Below are positions 32,853 to 43,711 of a DNA stretch of 64,000 nt, piece after piece. This DNA is from Alphaproteobacteria bacterium. GTDB lineage: Bacteria > Pseudomonadota > Alphaproteobacteria > Bin95. Where the stretch lies: the NCBI GenBank assembly GCA_964291285.2, contig OZ219787.1:96001-160000 (forward strand), written 5' to 3'. The notes below the pieces were generated by a model. That model did no database searches, was not told the DNA's origin, and was given only the letters and a program-made list of their open reading frames with translations. How positions within the stretch are numbered: position 1 is the stretch's first letter; the number at the start of each line of letters is the position of its first letter. The position numbers were made by a program, and so were the translations under genes.

Positions 32853-34331
32853 TCAGCCGGTATCGAGGTATGGCGCCGGGCCGACCAGGGAGCGCCTGCG
32901 TGCGACGCGTCCGGCGCGGGCCTGTGCAAGCGCCATGGCCATCATGACCGCCAGGGCCAGCCCGATGCGGGTCTTCATCTTCGCGCGACCGCGGATGTAG
33001 TGGGTCTCGAAGTTGAAGCTGCGGTCGAGGCGGGCGTTGATCCGCTCCATGGCCGTGCGCCGGTTGTATCCGCGCCGCCATGACGGGCTGCCCCAGGGCG
33101 TGGGCGTGAAGAGGCGCCGGTCATGGCTGTCGAGATCGACGCGCAGGATGCGGCCGTATTCGCCGGACTTCACCCCACCCGCCCGATGGCAGGCCCGGCG
33201 TCCCTTGCACTCGAAGCCGAAGGCGGCTGCGGGGCAGCGGTATTCGAGCGTGCCGCAGACGCCGCGCCCGGCCTCGAACCCCTGGAAGGCCATGGCGCGG
33301 ACCTCGCCGGTCTGCGGGCACACGCAGGACACCCGGCCGCGTTCGTCATGAACGATGACGTCGGCGCGTCCGGGGAACAGCGGTCGCGTGATCGGCCGGG
33401 CCGGGTCATGGCCCGGCTCCTTCTTCTCGACCCGCCACATCAGGCGCGTGTCGATCAGCGGGCGGATATGCCACCTGTCCCACAGCCGCGCCTTCAGGCG
33501 GGCGTTGTCGAGACCGCGGTCGGCGCTGAAGGTGGCGCAGCGCCCGGCCATCTCCGGCGCCCCGGCGAACAACTCCTCCACCATCCCGGACAGCGCCCCG
33601 GGTTCCGATGCCGACGCCCGCGTCACCTCGAAGGCCACAGGAACCTCGTGGTCCGTGTCGGCGATCAGGTGAAGCCCGTAGCCGAACCACGACTTCACCT
33701 TCTTCCACACCGCGCCGGTCTTCGCGTTCACCCCGCCCGTCTCGTGCCTGCCCCAGTCCGCATCGGGGTCCGAGGTCTGCCCCCTGGCCCCGGCAACCCG
33801 GCCCGTCGAGTGGCTCGCCACCGCCTTGCCGTCATACCCGGGATGGCGACCGAAGTCCGGCAACTCCTCGAACAGCGAGGCGCGCAGACGCCCGATCATC
33901 CCCGACACAAGGCCGCGCTCGTCCTCAAGGCGCACCACGCGCCCCAGGAACCGCGAGAAGTTCCAGGCGCCCGGCACCGTCGAGCGCAACGGCGCCGGAC
34001 GCCTCACCACCCGCCCCGCGCAAAGCGCCACCACCGGCGCACCCTGCAAGGGCAGCGCCTCGAAACCGCAAATCTCCAGAAGCGCCGGGTTGCGGCCCAG
34101 CTCCCGCAGAAGAGACTGCATCGAGGCATGCTGGAACACGATCCCCGCGATCAGAGCCCGCCACATCGCCCGCACCGGGTAGTCGTTGCGACCCCGGCCT
34201 CGACCCGCCTCAAGCGCCGCCACAACCTCCTCGTCGGGAAGCGTGTCGAGCACCACACGCAACCGCGCAAGGTCCGCAAGGCCTTCCACAGACCACCACG
34301 AAAAGGCTGACTTCTCCGCTGTCGCCATCAT
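32853..34331 (-). mobile_element. DDE transposase, IS5/IS1182-like (ends about 32751 and 34588)
   Basis: GRNDYPVRAM N-terminus, YDGK, SDPDADWG, FGYGLH, SADRG, YNRRTAMERIN. Confidence 0.85.
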
Positions 34332-34592
34332 GTTCTTCCAATCGTCTGGACACGTTGTAGGGGAACAGGGCCCAAGCCCGATGGCGACACCTTCTACTCA
34401 GTCCCGCGCCTCAACGCGACGCGCCCGAAAACCAGCCCGCGCACGGCCATGGGGTGGAAATCCACAAAACCCTTCCCGCCAAGCCGCAAAAACCCCCGAA
34501 ATCAGCCATACTGACGGGGTAAGAAAAATTCAGACCCTCCGCAATGCCTTGCTCAGAAAGCACTTACAAACAGCGCACACGCCTCAAAGGAT

Positions 34593-37098
34593 CAGACTTC
34601 CTGACCTCGTGACGATGTTTGTTGCGGGCGGCGTTCTGGGAACTTTTTGAGTTCGGTTCATTTTTCGTCTGTTTCGGCTGATTTTCGCTGGCTGCCGTGT
34701 CCAGGTTCGGGTATTTTAATTTGACACTGGATACGAGATTTCAACCATGTCGATTACCCTTCCCCTGAGCCCTCCGGAGGCGGTTCCGATCGGCAGCAGT
34801 TGTTTCGCCATTCTGATTTCGGACGACAGCTTCACCTACTTCTCCAACCTCGTTCCCTTTGACAGCCACGCCGCCGATGACCGCGCGGCCATGCTGTTGC
34901 GGATCGGCCGCCTGGCTGCGATCAGCGCGGTCTCGCGGCAGGATCTGGCCGACGCTTTCGGTGTCTCGCGTGCAACGGTCCAGCGCGCACGACGGCGCTA
35001 CCTGGCCGAGGGCGAAGCGGAGTTTCTGAAGCCCCGGCGCGGTCGGGGACCTTCGGTGTTCACGCCGGAGCTGGCGGAGAAAGCGACGGCGTTGCTGGAA
35101 GGGGGCCTGAGCGGCTCTGCGGTGGCCCGAGTTCTCGGCGTGTCAGCGCCGTCGGTCAACAAGTGGCGGCGGCAGGGGGTGATCGGCAACGCGGAGGCGT
35201 GTCGGGAGCGCGGCAGCGCGGCAGTGGCGGTGCCGCCTGACGCGGGTGGGGCGCCCGAGGGCAGTGTCGATGACGAGAGTGCCGGTGCCGCCGGGCCGGC
35301 GACGGCAGCGGGGCTGGAGGCGCAGACGGATCGCAGCGCGCGCGACCGGCGGGACCGGCAGGCGCCGATGGGGCGCGCGACTTGCGATGTCCGGGCTCGG
35401 GTGTTGGCCAGCTGCGGGCAGGCGGGACCGGTCGAACCGCAGTTCACCGCCGCCGCCCGCGGCGTGCGCTTTGGCGGCGTTCTCGCCGCCCTGCCGGCCC
35501 TGCTGAAGGAAGGCCTGCTCTGCGAGACCGGCCTCCTGCCGTTGCTGTCGAAGGGCTACTACGGCCTGCCCACGATCCTGCTCTTCCTGGCCTTCATGAC
35601 CCTGGCGCGGGTGCGCAACCCCGAGAGCCTGCGCTACCAGGCACCGGGCGAATGGGGTGCGGTTCTCGGTCTCGACCGCTGCCCCGAGGTCAAGACGCTA
35701 CGGCGCAAGATCGGGCTCATGGCCAACGACGAAGCCAGCGTGCAGGCGTGGCAGCTCGCTCTTGCGAGACGCTGGCAGGAGGAGGAGCCCGAGCTCTGGG
35801 CGACGCTGGCCGTTGACGGGCACGTCAAGGTCTACGCCGGCCGCAAGGGGCGCCTGCCCAAACACTTCGTCTCGCGCGAGAAGCTGTGCCTGCCGGCGAG
35901 CACCAGCTACTGGATCAACGCCTTGGGCGGCAAGCCCCTGCTGTGCCTGCACAAGCCGCTGGACCCGAAGATGGTCGCCGCGATCGAATCCGACGTGGTG
36001 CCGGCGTTGCAGGCGCTCGGGATCGTCGACGCCGGGGCAGCGGACCTGACCGCCGGGCAGCCCGGCCAGCCCGTGCTCACACTGGTCTTCGACCGCGAGG
36101 GCTGGAGCCCGGAGCTGTTTCGCCGGCTGGCCAGGCGCGGCATTGCCTGCCTGACCTGGCACAAGAACTTCAGGGGCGGGGACTGGCCGGCCGAGGACTT
36201 CAGTGCGATGATCGTTCCCATTCACGGACCCGCGGCGAACGCCAGCGCCACCATGCTGCTGGCCGAGAAGCCGGTGACGTTGAAGAACGGCTTCAGGGTG
36301 CGCCAGATCCGCCGCCTGCTCGACAACGGCCGTCAGGTTCCGCTGGTCACCACCGATCCGCACAAGCCGGTGGCGGAGGCCGCAGGCGCCTTGTTCTCGC
36401 GCTGGTCGCAGGAAAACTTCTTCAAATACATGCGCGACGAGTTCAATCTCGACGCCCTGCCGACCCACGAGATCGAGCCTCTCGCTGCCGATACCATGGT
36501 CGTCAGCCCGCTGCGGCGGGCCTACGACAAGGCAATCCGCCGCCTCGACCACCAGCTTGGCCGCCTGCGCAACCGCATCGCCGACGCCGCCCACAGGAAG
36601 CAGCCGACGGGCGAACTCAAGAGGGAACTCAGGGACCTCGAGGGCGGCCGTGAGATTGTCAGATCCAGCCGCAGGGAGGTGCCCACGCACTGCCGGGCCG
36701 GCGACCTCGACGAAGCCGGACAGCTCAATGCCTTGCCCTCACGCGAGCGCCTCCTACTCGACATCATCCGCATGATCGCCTACCGCGCTGAAACCCGCTT
36801 GATGCTTCCCGTCATGCAGGCGCAGGGCCACAAGCCCCACCCACGGAAACTGCTTCAGGCACTCTTCACCGCCGATGCCGACATCCTGCCGGACCCTGCC
36901 AACGGCGTCCTGCGGGTCCGCATTCTCGGCCTCGCAAATGACGCCTGCGACCGCCAGATCAAGCCTCTTCTGGCCGAACTCAACGCCACCGAAACGCACT
37001 TCCCCGGCAACCGTATGCGCATGGTCTACGAGGTCGGCATAACCCCAAAATCCGCGCGCACCGGTGCCAAACAAAATTAGCAGAGGTCAGGAAGTCTG
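34593..37098 (+). mobile_element. 2506-bp IS with 777-aa transposase (CDS 34747-37080), copy 2
   Basis: Same IRs and protein as copy 1; AGGAT duplication. Confidence 0.92.
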
Positions 37099-37352
37099 AG
37101 GATACACGCCTCAAAGGATACACCATTGCGGTGCAGGGCAACACGCTTCGGGAGACTGGCGGCGACGCCGGGAGCCTGACCGGGATCTTCGCCGGGCGCT
37201 CGATTCTGCCGTGTCCATTCAGGCGCGATAAGGTCTCGCCGGGGTCGGCGTGTAGCGAGCTTGCGAGCGTTCGCCGCGGCCCGGCGACGGCCCCGCGCCG
37301 CTTATGTAAGCAGAGTCCCGGCCCGAACGCCGGTTGCGGCAAGTTTCAACTG

Positions 37353-38249
37353 TCAGGCGATGATATCGAAGTCGGACAGGTCAACGTCGGACAACTGCGT
37401 ATCAGCGAGCGTGATGCTCCACGTTGCGTTGTCCCTCGCTTCTTGGTCATTATTGTCTTTGTTAACCTCTGTGGTTTTGTAGATTATTACAGCATCTTCG
37501 TTGCCTATCTCGGTAGAAAAGCGATAGAGGTCGTCAGAATCTTCGACCCCGGAGACTCCCTTGATCTGGATTTCGTCCGAATCGGGATCGTAGTCATAGA
37601 TGCGGTCCTTTCCGCTGTTCCCGATGAAGATGAAGGTATCGTCGCCGGAGCCGCCCACCAAATCGTCGTCGCCGGAGCCGCCTTCCAGCACATCGTCGCC
37701 GGAGCCGCCCACCAAATCGTCGTCGCCAGCGTCGCCTTCCAGTATGTCGTTGCCGTCGTCGCCGTCCAGGGTGTCGTCGCCGTCGCCGCCGTAAAGAGAG
37801 TCCCGGCCCTCGTTGCCCCACATGTCGTCGTCGCCGGCGTCGCCGTAAAGAACGTCCCGGCCCTCGTTGCCCCACATGTCGTCGTCGCCGGCGTCGCCGT
37901 AAAGAACGTCCCGGCCTGTGCCGCCCCACATGCGGTCGTTGCCGTCGCCGCCGCGCAGCGTGTCGTTTCCGGAATCGCCTAACAGGTGGTCGTCGCCGAG
38001 ACCGCCCCACAACCTGTCGTTGCCAGCGTTGCCCAGGATCAGATCCACGCCGTCGCCGCCGTACAGCTTGTCGTGGCCACCCTTGCCGACGATCCGGTCG
38101 TGACCCTCCAAGCCTCGGATCGTGTCGTCGCGGTTGGTTCCCTCCAAGTCCTTTGAGCGGTAGCGCGGTCCGCCATCCTGCGGATAGTGCCAAGGGCCTG
38201 CATAATCATGACCGGGGGTTCCGGTAATGATTTTTCCGGGTCGTGCCAT
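37353..38249 (-). CDS. RTX-type calcium-binding repeat protein
   Basis: Many GGxGxDxLx nonapeptides; acidic C-terminus ending LSDFDIIA, like type I secretion substrates. Confidence 0.9.
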   Translation of the reverse strand: MARPGKIITGTPGHDYAGPWHYPQDGGPRYRSKDLEGTNRDDTIRGLEGHDRIVGKGGHDKLYGGDGVDLILGNAGNDRLWGGLGDDHLLGDSGNDTLRGGDGNDRMWGGTGRDVLYGDAGDDDMWGNEGRDVLYGDAGDDDMWGNEGRDSLYGGDGDDTLDGDDGNDILEGDAGDDDLVGGSGDDVLEGGSGDDDLVGGSGDDTFIFIGNSGKDRIYDYDPDSDEIQIKGVSGVEDSDDLYRFSTEIGNEDAVIIYKTTEVNKDNNDQEARDNATWSITLADTQLSDVDLSDFDIIA

Positions 38250-38296
38250 GAGTTGTTTCCTTCAAGATGGTTGGAAAAAGCGTTCTGGGTTCCGGG

Positions 38297-39004
38297 TTAG
38301 CCGAGGAACTCGAAATCGGACTCGGTCAATTCCTCCTCCTTTACATAATTGTGAAAATGAACTGCCCATTCACCGGAAGCGTCTTCGATTTTGGTTACGG
38401 CACGGCTCGAGTCCGGGTTGTTCTGCTCTGCATAAGTGAAGATCAGGTCCGAGAACTGGATTCCGCCTCCGAAGACGATCTTGTCCTTGCCGTCTTCATA
38501 GTCCCAGATCGTGTCGAAACCGCTGTTCCTGTCGAAAACGAAGCGGTCCGCACCGCCGCCGCCTTGCAGCACGTCGTCGCCGCGGCCGCCTTTCAGCATG
38601 TCGTCGCCATCGCCGGCGATCAAGTAGTCGTCGCCCCGGTCGCCATACAGAAAGTTGTCGCCGTTCATGTCCCGCAGGTAGTCGTCGCCCCGGCCGCCTC
38701 GCAGCGTGTCGTTGCCCTGGCCGCCGTACAGCCGGTCGTCGCCCCCGCCGCCCCTCAGAAGGTCGTCGCCCTCGCCGCCGTACAGCCGGTCGTCGCCCCC
38801 GCCGCCCCTCAGAAGGTCGTCGCCCTCGCCGCCGTGCAGCCGGTCGTCGCCCCGGCGGCCGCGTGTCGCGTCGTCGCCCCGGCCGCCGTACAGCGTGTCG
38901 TTGCCCTCGGTGCCGACAAAATTGTAGGCAATATCGGGGTTCCACCATTCCCAACGGTCGCCGTCCGCCTTGCGTGGTGATAGAGTGACTCCGGGTTTCG
39001 CCAT
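38297..39004 (-). CDS. RTX-type calcium-binding repeat protein
   Basis: GGxGDDxL repeats, GADRFVF, DTIWDYEDGKDKI, ends ESDFEFLG. Confidence 0.9.
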   Translation of the reverse strand: MAKPGVTLSPRKADGDRWEWWNPDIAYNFVGTEGNDTLYGGRGDDATRGRRGDDRLHGGEGDDLLRGGGGDDRLYGGEGDDLLRGGGGDDRLYGGQGNDTLRGGRGDDYLRDMNGDNFLYGDRGDDYLIAGDGDDMLKGGRGDDVLQGGGGADRFVFDRNSGFDTIWDYEDGKDKIVFGGGIQFSDLIFTYAEQNNPDSSRAVTKIEDASGEWAVHFHNYVKEEELTESDFEFLG

Positions 39005-39073
39005 GGCTGAATCTCCCTGTTCCGGTGGCGGAAGCTAACACAATTGACCGCGCGCCTCAAACCGGTTCGGCGG

Positions 39074-39111
39074 CGAGAAATTTGCGCTGTGGGGTTTTTC
39101 CGGTCGGATGG
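39074..39111. repeat. 38-bp exact direct repeat, copy 2
   Basis: Identical to 32643-32680. Confidence 0.9.
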
Positions 39112-39443
39112 AGGGGACAGGCTGTTGATTCCGCGCAGGAAATCCCCTTCCTGCGCGTTGCCCCACCTTCGCGGCCCTTCCTGTCACCGGTGTTAGTGAC
39201 GGTGAGCGCGTCGCGTGTGCGCTGGTCGATTGCAGCCCGAACGTGCCGGTGTGGCCATGGCCGGGGCGCTTTCCAGCTACCCGTCACCCGTGCCGCCGGC
39301 CTGCCGCCCGACGCCGGGAACACCGCCTTCCCCGCTCCGCGCCGGCAGGAGGGAAGGTCTGGCCGTGAGCGGGGCGGCGGTCGGCGCTTCGGAGGGCGGG
39401 GCGCTGCCGCCGGGTTCCACCACGGCACGATGGAGACGGCAGC

Positions 39444-39776
39444 ATGACGGCAGCAAGGATGGCGATGCCCGGCAATACGGCGAGCACGTTCCTGGTCCAC
39501 TATTTCGGCGGCGGCCTCGACGGCGACGACCGCTTCGTGGTCGAGCGGTTCCGCGCCCTGGCCTGCGGCGACATTCGTCCGGTCCGGGACGGCGAGGAGA
39601 ACGCGAAGGGGCGTCGCAAGGTCAGGCGCACCGTGGTCTCGCGCAAGGAAGCCGAGGCGATGCGCCCGGACCGCACCGAGATCATCGTGTGCACCGGCCT
39701 TCGCACCCGCGGCGGGAAACAGGCTTGGGGTTCGGTTGCGGCGGGCCTCCTGTGCGACCGCAAGCAGCGCGGCTGA
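39444..39776 (+). CDS. Hypothetical protein, copy 2
   Basis: Near-identical to 16940-17272. Confidence 0.65.
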   Translation: MTAARMAMPGNTASTFLVHYFGGGLDGDDRFVVERFRALACGDIRPVRDGEENAKGRRKVRRTVVSRKEAEAMRPDRTEIIVCTGLRTRGGKQAWGSVAAGLLCDRKQRG

Positions 39777-39863
39777 GCGCTTTCCCGAGGGATGTCCCGC
39801 CGGCCCACCCGGGTCGGCCGGGCGTCCCTCTTCCGTTTTCCCCACGGCAAGGAGAACGCTCCC

Positions 39864-40841
39864 ATGTGCGAGCAGCAGGACATCGGGGCCCGGCGTGCGC
39901 GCGGCAAGTGCATTCAGTGTGGGAAGCGCCGGCCCGAGCCCGCGCGGACCCTGTGCGCGCCCTGCGGCGAGAAGCGGAACCGGGCGAGCCGGGCCAGGGA
40001 CGCAAGGCTGCGCACCGCCGGCCTCCCCCGGAGAGACCCCGACAAGGCCCGCGCCCAAGGGCGCGACCGATCCCACCGCGAGGCTGAAATGCGCCGCGAC
40101 GCCGGGCTCTGCATCCGGTGCGGCAAGCAGCCGGCCGCCGATGGCCGCGCGTCCTGCGAGCCTTGCCTGGAGAAGCGCCGGGCAGCGGACCGCGCGAAAT
40201 ACGCCGCCGGGAAAGCCGCCGGCCTCAGGTATGGCGGGGCCGATGCCGAGGCCAAAAGGCGCGCCGCCCGGGCGAAGAGCAAGCGCCGCCAGAAAGCCCG
40301 GATCGAGGCGGGACTCTGCATCCGCTGCGGCAAGCGTCCCCCCGTAGAGGGCGGAACCACCTGCCAGCCCTGCCGCGACAGGAGGCAGGCGGCGGAACGG
40401 CGGCAATACCGGGACCGGCGCCAGGCCGGGCTCTGCACCCGGTGCGGCGCCGCCGTCCATGACGGTCTGTCGCGCTGCGCTGCGTGTGCCGCCATCGAGG
40501 AGGCCAGCCACGACCCGGAGCGCAAGAACGCGCGCTCGCGGCAGTTGTACGCCCGGCGCCGGGCCGCCGGCCTGTGCACGGCCTGCGGGGCGCCGTCACA
40601 GGGGGCGGCGCGCTGTGCGCCCTGTGCCGGGAGGTCGTATCACGGCTCGGCGCATTTCAGGGGCATCCCGGTCCACGAGCCGGTCTGGACCGTGATCGAA
40701 CTGGAGACCGGCCGCGAGCACGGCCCGTTCGACGATCGGGCCGATGTCGCCCTCTGCCTCGCCTTCGGGAAGCTCGACCGCAACCGCGTCGAGATCGTCG
40801 CCGACGCCCCCGTCACCGCCTCCTTCACCGCCTGGACCTGA
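39864..40841 (+). CDS. Five-zinc-finger protein, copy 2
   Basis: All 20 finger cysteines kept; 15-codon in-frame deletion near the N-terminus. Confidence 0.85.
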   Translation: MCEQQDIGARRARGKCIQCGKRRPEPARTLCAPCGEKRNRASRARDARLRTAGLPRRDPDKARAQGRDRSHREAEMRRDAGLCIRCGKQPAADGRASCEPCLEKRRAADRAKYAAGKAAGLRYGGADAEAKRRAARAKSKRRQKARIEAGLCIRCGKRPPVEGGTTCQPCRDRRQAAERRQYRDRRQAGLCTRCGAAVHDGLSRCAACAAIEEASHDPERKNARSRQLYARRRAAGLCTACGAPSQGAARCAPCAGRSYHGSAHFRGIPVHEPVWTVIELETGREHGPFDDRADVALCLAFGKLDRNRVEIVADAPVTASFTAWT

Positions 40842-41009
40842 CATGCTGTCCCGGGCGGCGATGGCGGCGCTCGCCTGGCCGCGATCCTCCGCGCCGTCCC
40901 TGTGTCGTGGAGAGGAGTGAAGCGCCTGCCGGGCGAGTGTCCGGCAGGGCGGAGGAGAGGAACTCCCCGCGCCGATGCCGGATCGGACACCGGCAGAGGA
41001 GTTCCCGCC

Positions 41010-41216
41010 ATGTTCCATCCCGATACACCCCTCGACCTTCCGCTCGGCTGCGACCTGCTCGCCGAACTCGGCGTCGACCGTCGCACCGTCCGCGAGATCG
41101 CCGAGGACGAGCGTGCCATCCGCTGTCCCGACCGGGGCGCGGCCTGTCCGGTGCACGGCTTCGCGAGCCTCTTCCCGGAACCGGCGTCGTCGTTCTCTCC
41201 GGGCGGTCAGGGGTAG
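41010..41216 (+). CDS. Small hypothetical protein, copy 2
   Basis: Matches 18573-18779. Confidence 0.6.
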   Translation: MFHPDTPLDLPLGCDLLAELGVDRRTVREIAEDERAIRCPDRGAACPVHGFASLFPEPASSFSPGGQG

Positions 41217-41320
41217 AGGAGGGCCTGAAGAGATTGAACGGGCGGGGGTTCGGGAGAGTGACCCCGGCCCCGGTCGTTCGCAACCCATCGTCATCAACGC
41301 GAACCTGAAGGAGTATCGCA

Positions 41321-42937
41321 ATGAGCTTCGGATTGAACAAGGCGCAGATCATCGGCCGCCTCGGCGCGGACGTCACCATCAACCACCTGCAGAACGGCGG
41401 CCGCGTGGCCAATCTGAGCGTTGCCACCGACGAGAGCTACATCGACCGGAACGGCAGCGGCGAGCGGATCGACAGGACCGAGTGGCACCGGGTCGTGATA
41501 CCAGCGGTTGAGGGTTGAGACTCATTGAGGGGATTCCCAAGGTTATCGAGTTCTGGCTCAATAGCGATTCTGCGATTGGAGGGTCGTTATGAGGGCAGCA
41601 ATCCCCTTGAGGGAGGATTTTGATGCGGCGCAGTTGCGCGGCTTGGCGCAGCGGAGCCGGTATGGTTCGCAGAACCGTCGCCTTCTTGCGCTTGCGGTGA
41701 TTTACGACGGTTACCGTCGTTCGGATGCGGCGCGTTTTGCGGGGGTGGGCTTGCAGATCATCCGGGACTGGGTTCTTCGCTTCAACGCGGAAGGCCCGGA
41801 GGGATTGAAGGATCGCAAGGCCTCAGGTCCGCCGCGCAAGTTGAACGGGGAGCAGCGCGCGGCGCTGGCGGCGGTTGTGGAGAGCGGTCCGGACCCGGCG
41901 ATCCACGGCGTGGTGCGGTGGCGGCGCTGCGACCTGGCGGCATGGCTCAGGGAGCAGTTCGGCATCTCGTTGGCGGAGACGACGGTCGGGCGGGAGTTGC
42001 GCCGGATGGGCTACGCCAGGCTGTCTGCGCGCCCGCGCCACCATGCCCGGGACGAAGCCGCGCTGGCAGGGTTCAAAAAAACTTCCCCGACCGCCTGAAG
42101 GAGATCCGCGCTGCACTCGGCGACGGCGTCGAGGTCGAAGTCTGGTGGCAGGACGAGGCGCGCGTCGGGCAGAAGAACAGGATCACCCGGCGATGGGCGA
42201 AACGCGGCACCCGACCGTCAGCGCCCAAGGACCAGAGAGCCATCCCGGCCTACATCTTCGGCGCCATATGCCCGCAGAAGGGCAAGGCCGCCGGCCTCGT
42301 CATGCCCCACGCCAACACGGAGGCACTCAACGCCCACCTCGCCGAGGTCGCCCTCACCGTTGAACCCGGAGCCCATGCCCTCGTCATGCTCGACCGGGCC
42401 GGATGGCACACATCCCCGGCCCTCAAAGTCCCCGACAACATAACCCTGATGCCGCTCCCGCCCCGGTCCCCCGAGCTCAATCCCGTCGAGAATGTCTGGC
42501 AGTTCATGCGCGAAAATTGGCTCTCGAACCGCGTCTTCCAGAACTACGACGACATACTCGATCACTGCTGCCAGGCCTGGAACAATCTCGTCTCACAACC
42601 AGAACGCATCGCCTCCATCGGAACCCGAAAATGGGCCAATGGGTTCTGAACTATGCCCGCTGGTATGACCTTCCAGGACGGGCTGATCGACATGCTCGCC
42701 AGGCACGCCACGAAGGGCCGGCTGGTCTACGTCGACGGCAAGCTCCAGACCCGGCGCTGGTCGAAGCCGGGCGAGGACGGCGACCGCTTCTCGACCGAGA
42801 TCCTGCTGGTCCCCGGCGGGCGCGTCCAGTTCCTCGACAAGGCGAACGGCAACGCCGCGCAGCCCGGCCCGGACGCGGCGGGCGGCGCCGCGCCGGCCGG
42901 CGGCGACCCGATGGACGGGGACCATATCCCGTTCCAG
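41321..42937 (+). pseudogene. ssb: ssb copy 2, interrupted by IS630, stop codon lost
   Basis: TEWHRVV|TFQDGL split; TAG changed to CAG after DHIPF. Confidence 0.92.
41499..42665 (+). mobile_element. IS630-family element with frameshifted transposase
   Basis: IR TACCAGCGG/CCGCTGGTA; A7 slip site near 42075; WQDEARVG, LDRAGWH, SPELNPVE; TGA on both flanks. Confidence 0.93.
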
Positions 42938-43118
42938 AGCTTCCCGTTCTTCCCTCCCCACAGGGTCGGCGCCTCGCGCGTCGGCCCTTTCTTCATGCAG
43001 GCAGGTTCGAGTCTCGCCGCGGCGCATACGGAGTGGGAGCGAGGCTGGAAAGCGAGTGAACCGCGCGAGGAGGAGAGCGAGCCCGCTCGCGCACCCGTCA
43101 CGCTACCCGGAGAACCCG

Positions 43119-43346
43119 ATGAGCACCATCTCCTTCCGCCGCATCGCCCCCGACGAATCCCGCATCTACCGGGACGGCGACCATGTCGGCGACGTCCACG
43201 CCTTCGACGACAGCATCCGGCCGGGGCACAGGGTGTTCGCCATACACCTCGACGAAGACCCGCGCGGCCCCGTCTATCTCCACGACCGCGCCCGCATCCG
43301 CGAGGTCGCCGGGCGCCTGGTGCTCTCCCATCCCCTGTGGGGTTGA
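43119..43346 (+). CDS. Small hypothetical protein, copy 2
   Basis: Matches 19497-19724. Confidence 0.65.
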   Translation: MSTISFRRIAPDESRIYRDGDHVGDVHAFDDSIRPGHRVFAIHLDEDPRGPVYLHDRARIREVAGRLVLSHPLWG

Positions 43347-43428
43347 CGCAAGGGCGGGCAACGGCGCCTCCGGCGCCGTGCCGGCCGAACCGCCGATGGG
43401 GTCCGTGCAGGGCGAGAGAAATACGCCA

Positions 43429-43676
43429 CCCCGCTGTGATGTCCAATCGTGTCACACGTGCTCGCGACAGCAACCCCTGCGGGGTCCTCCGGTCGCTCCG
43501 CTCCCTGCGGCCCGGGCAAGAAGCTCTACGGGCGGACCGTGAAAGTCGACGACCGTGAAGATCGCAAGACGATCTTCCGCACCACTCGCCGACTTTCCGC
43601 ACCACTCCGCCCAGGAGCTTCTACGCCCGGGTGCTTCTGCTGCGCGCGCGTGCCCCGACAGGACATCACAACGGGG
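43429..43676. promoter_or_regulatory. Frpo-like fold-back, copy 2
   Basis: Same nested arms as 19814-20061. Confidence 0.7.
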
Positions 43677-43711
43677 ATCGGCCCCGAACGTGAAACCGAA
43701 AGGAAAACGAC

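Noticed and set aside
11072-37098. Composite transposon or inversion bounded by the two 2506-bp IS copies
   Set aside because: Each copy has its own matching 5-bp duplication, indicating independent insertions.
37600-38900. Tandem repeats as a CRISPR array
   Set aside because: They are in-frame 27/54-bp RTX coding repeats without unique spacers, and no cas genes are present.
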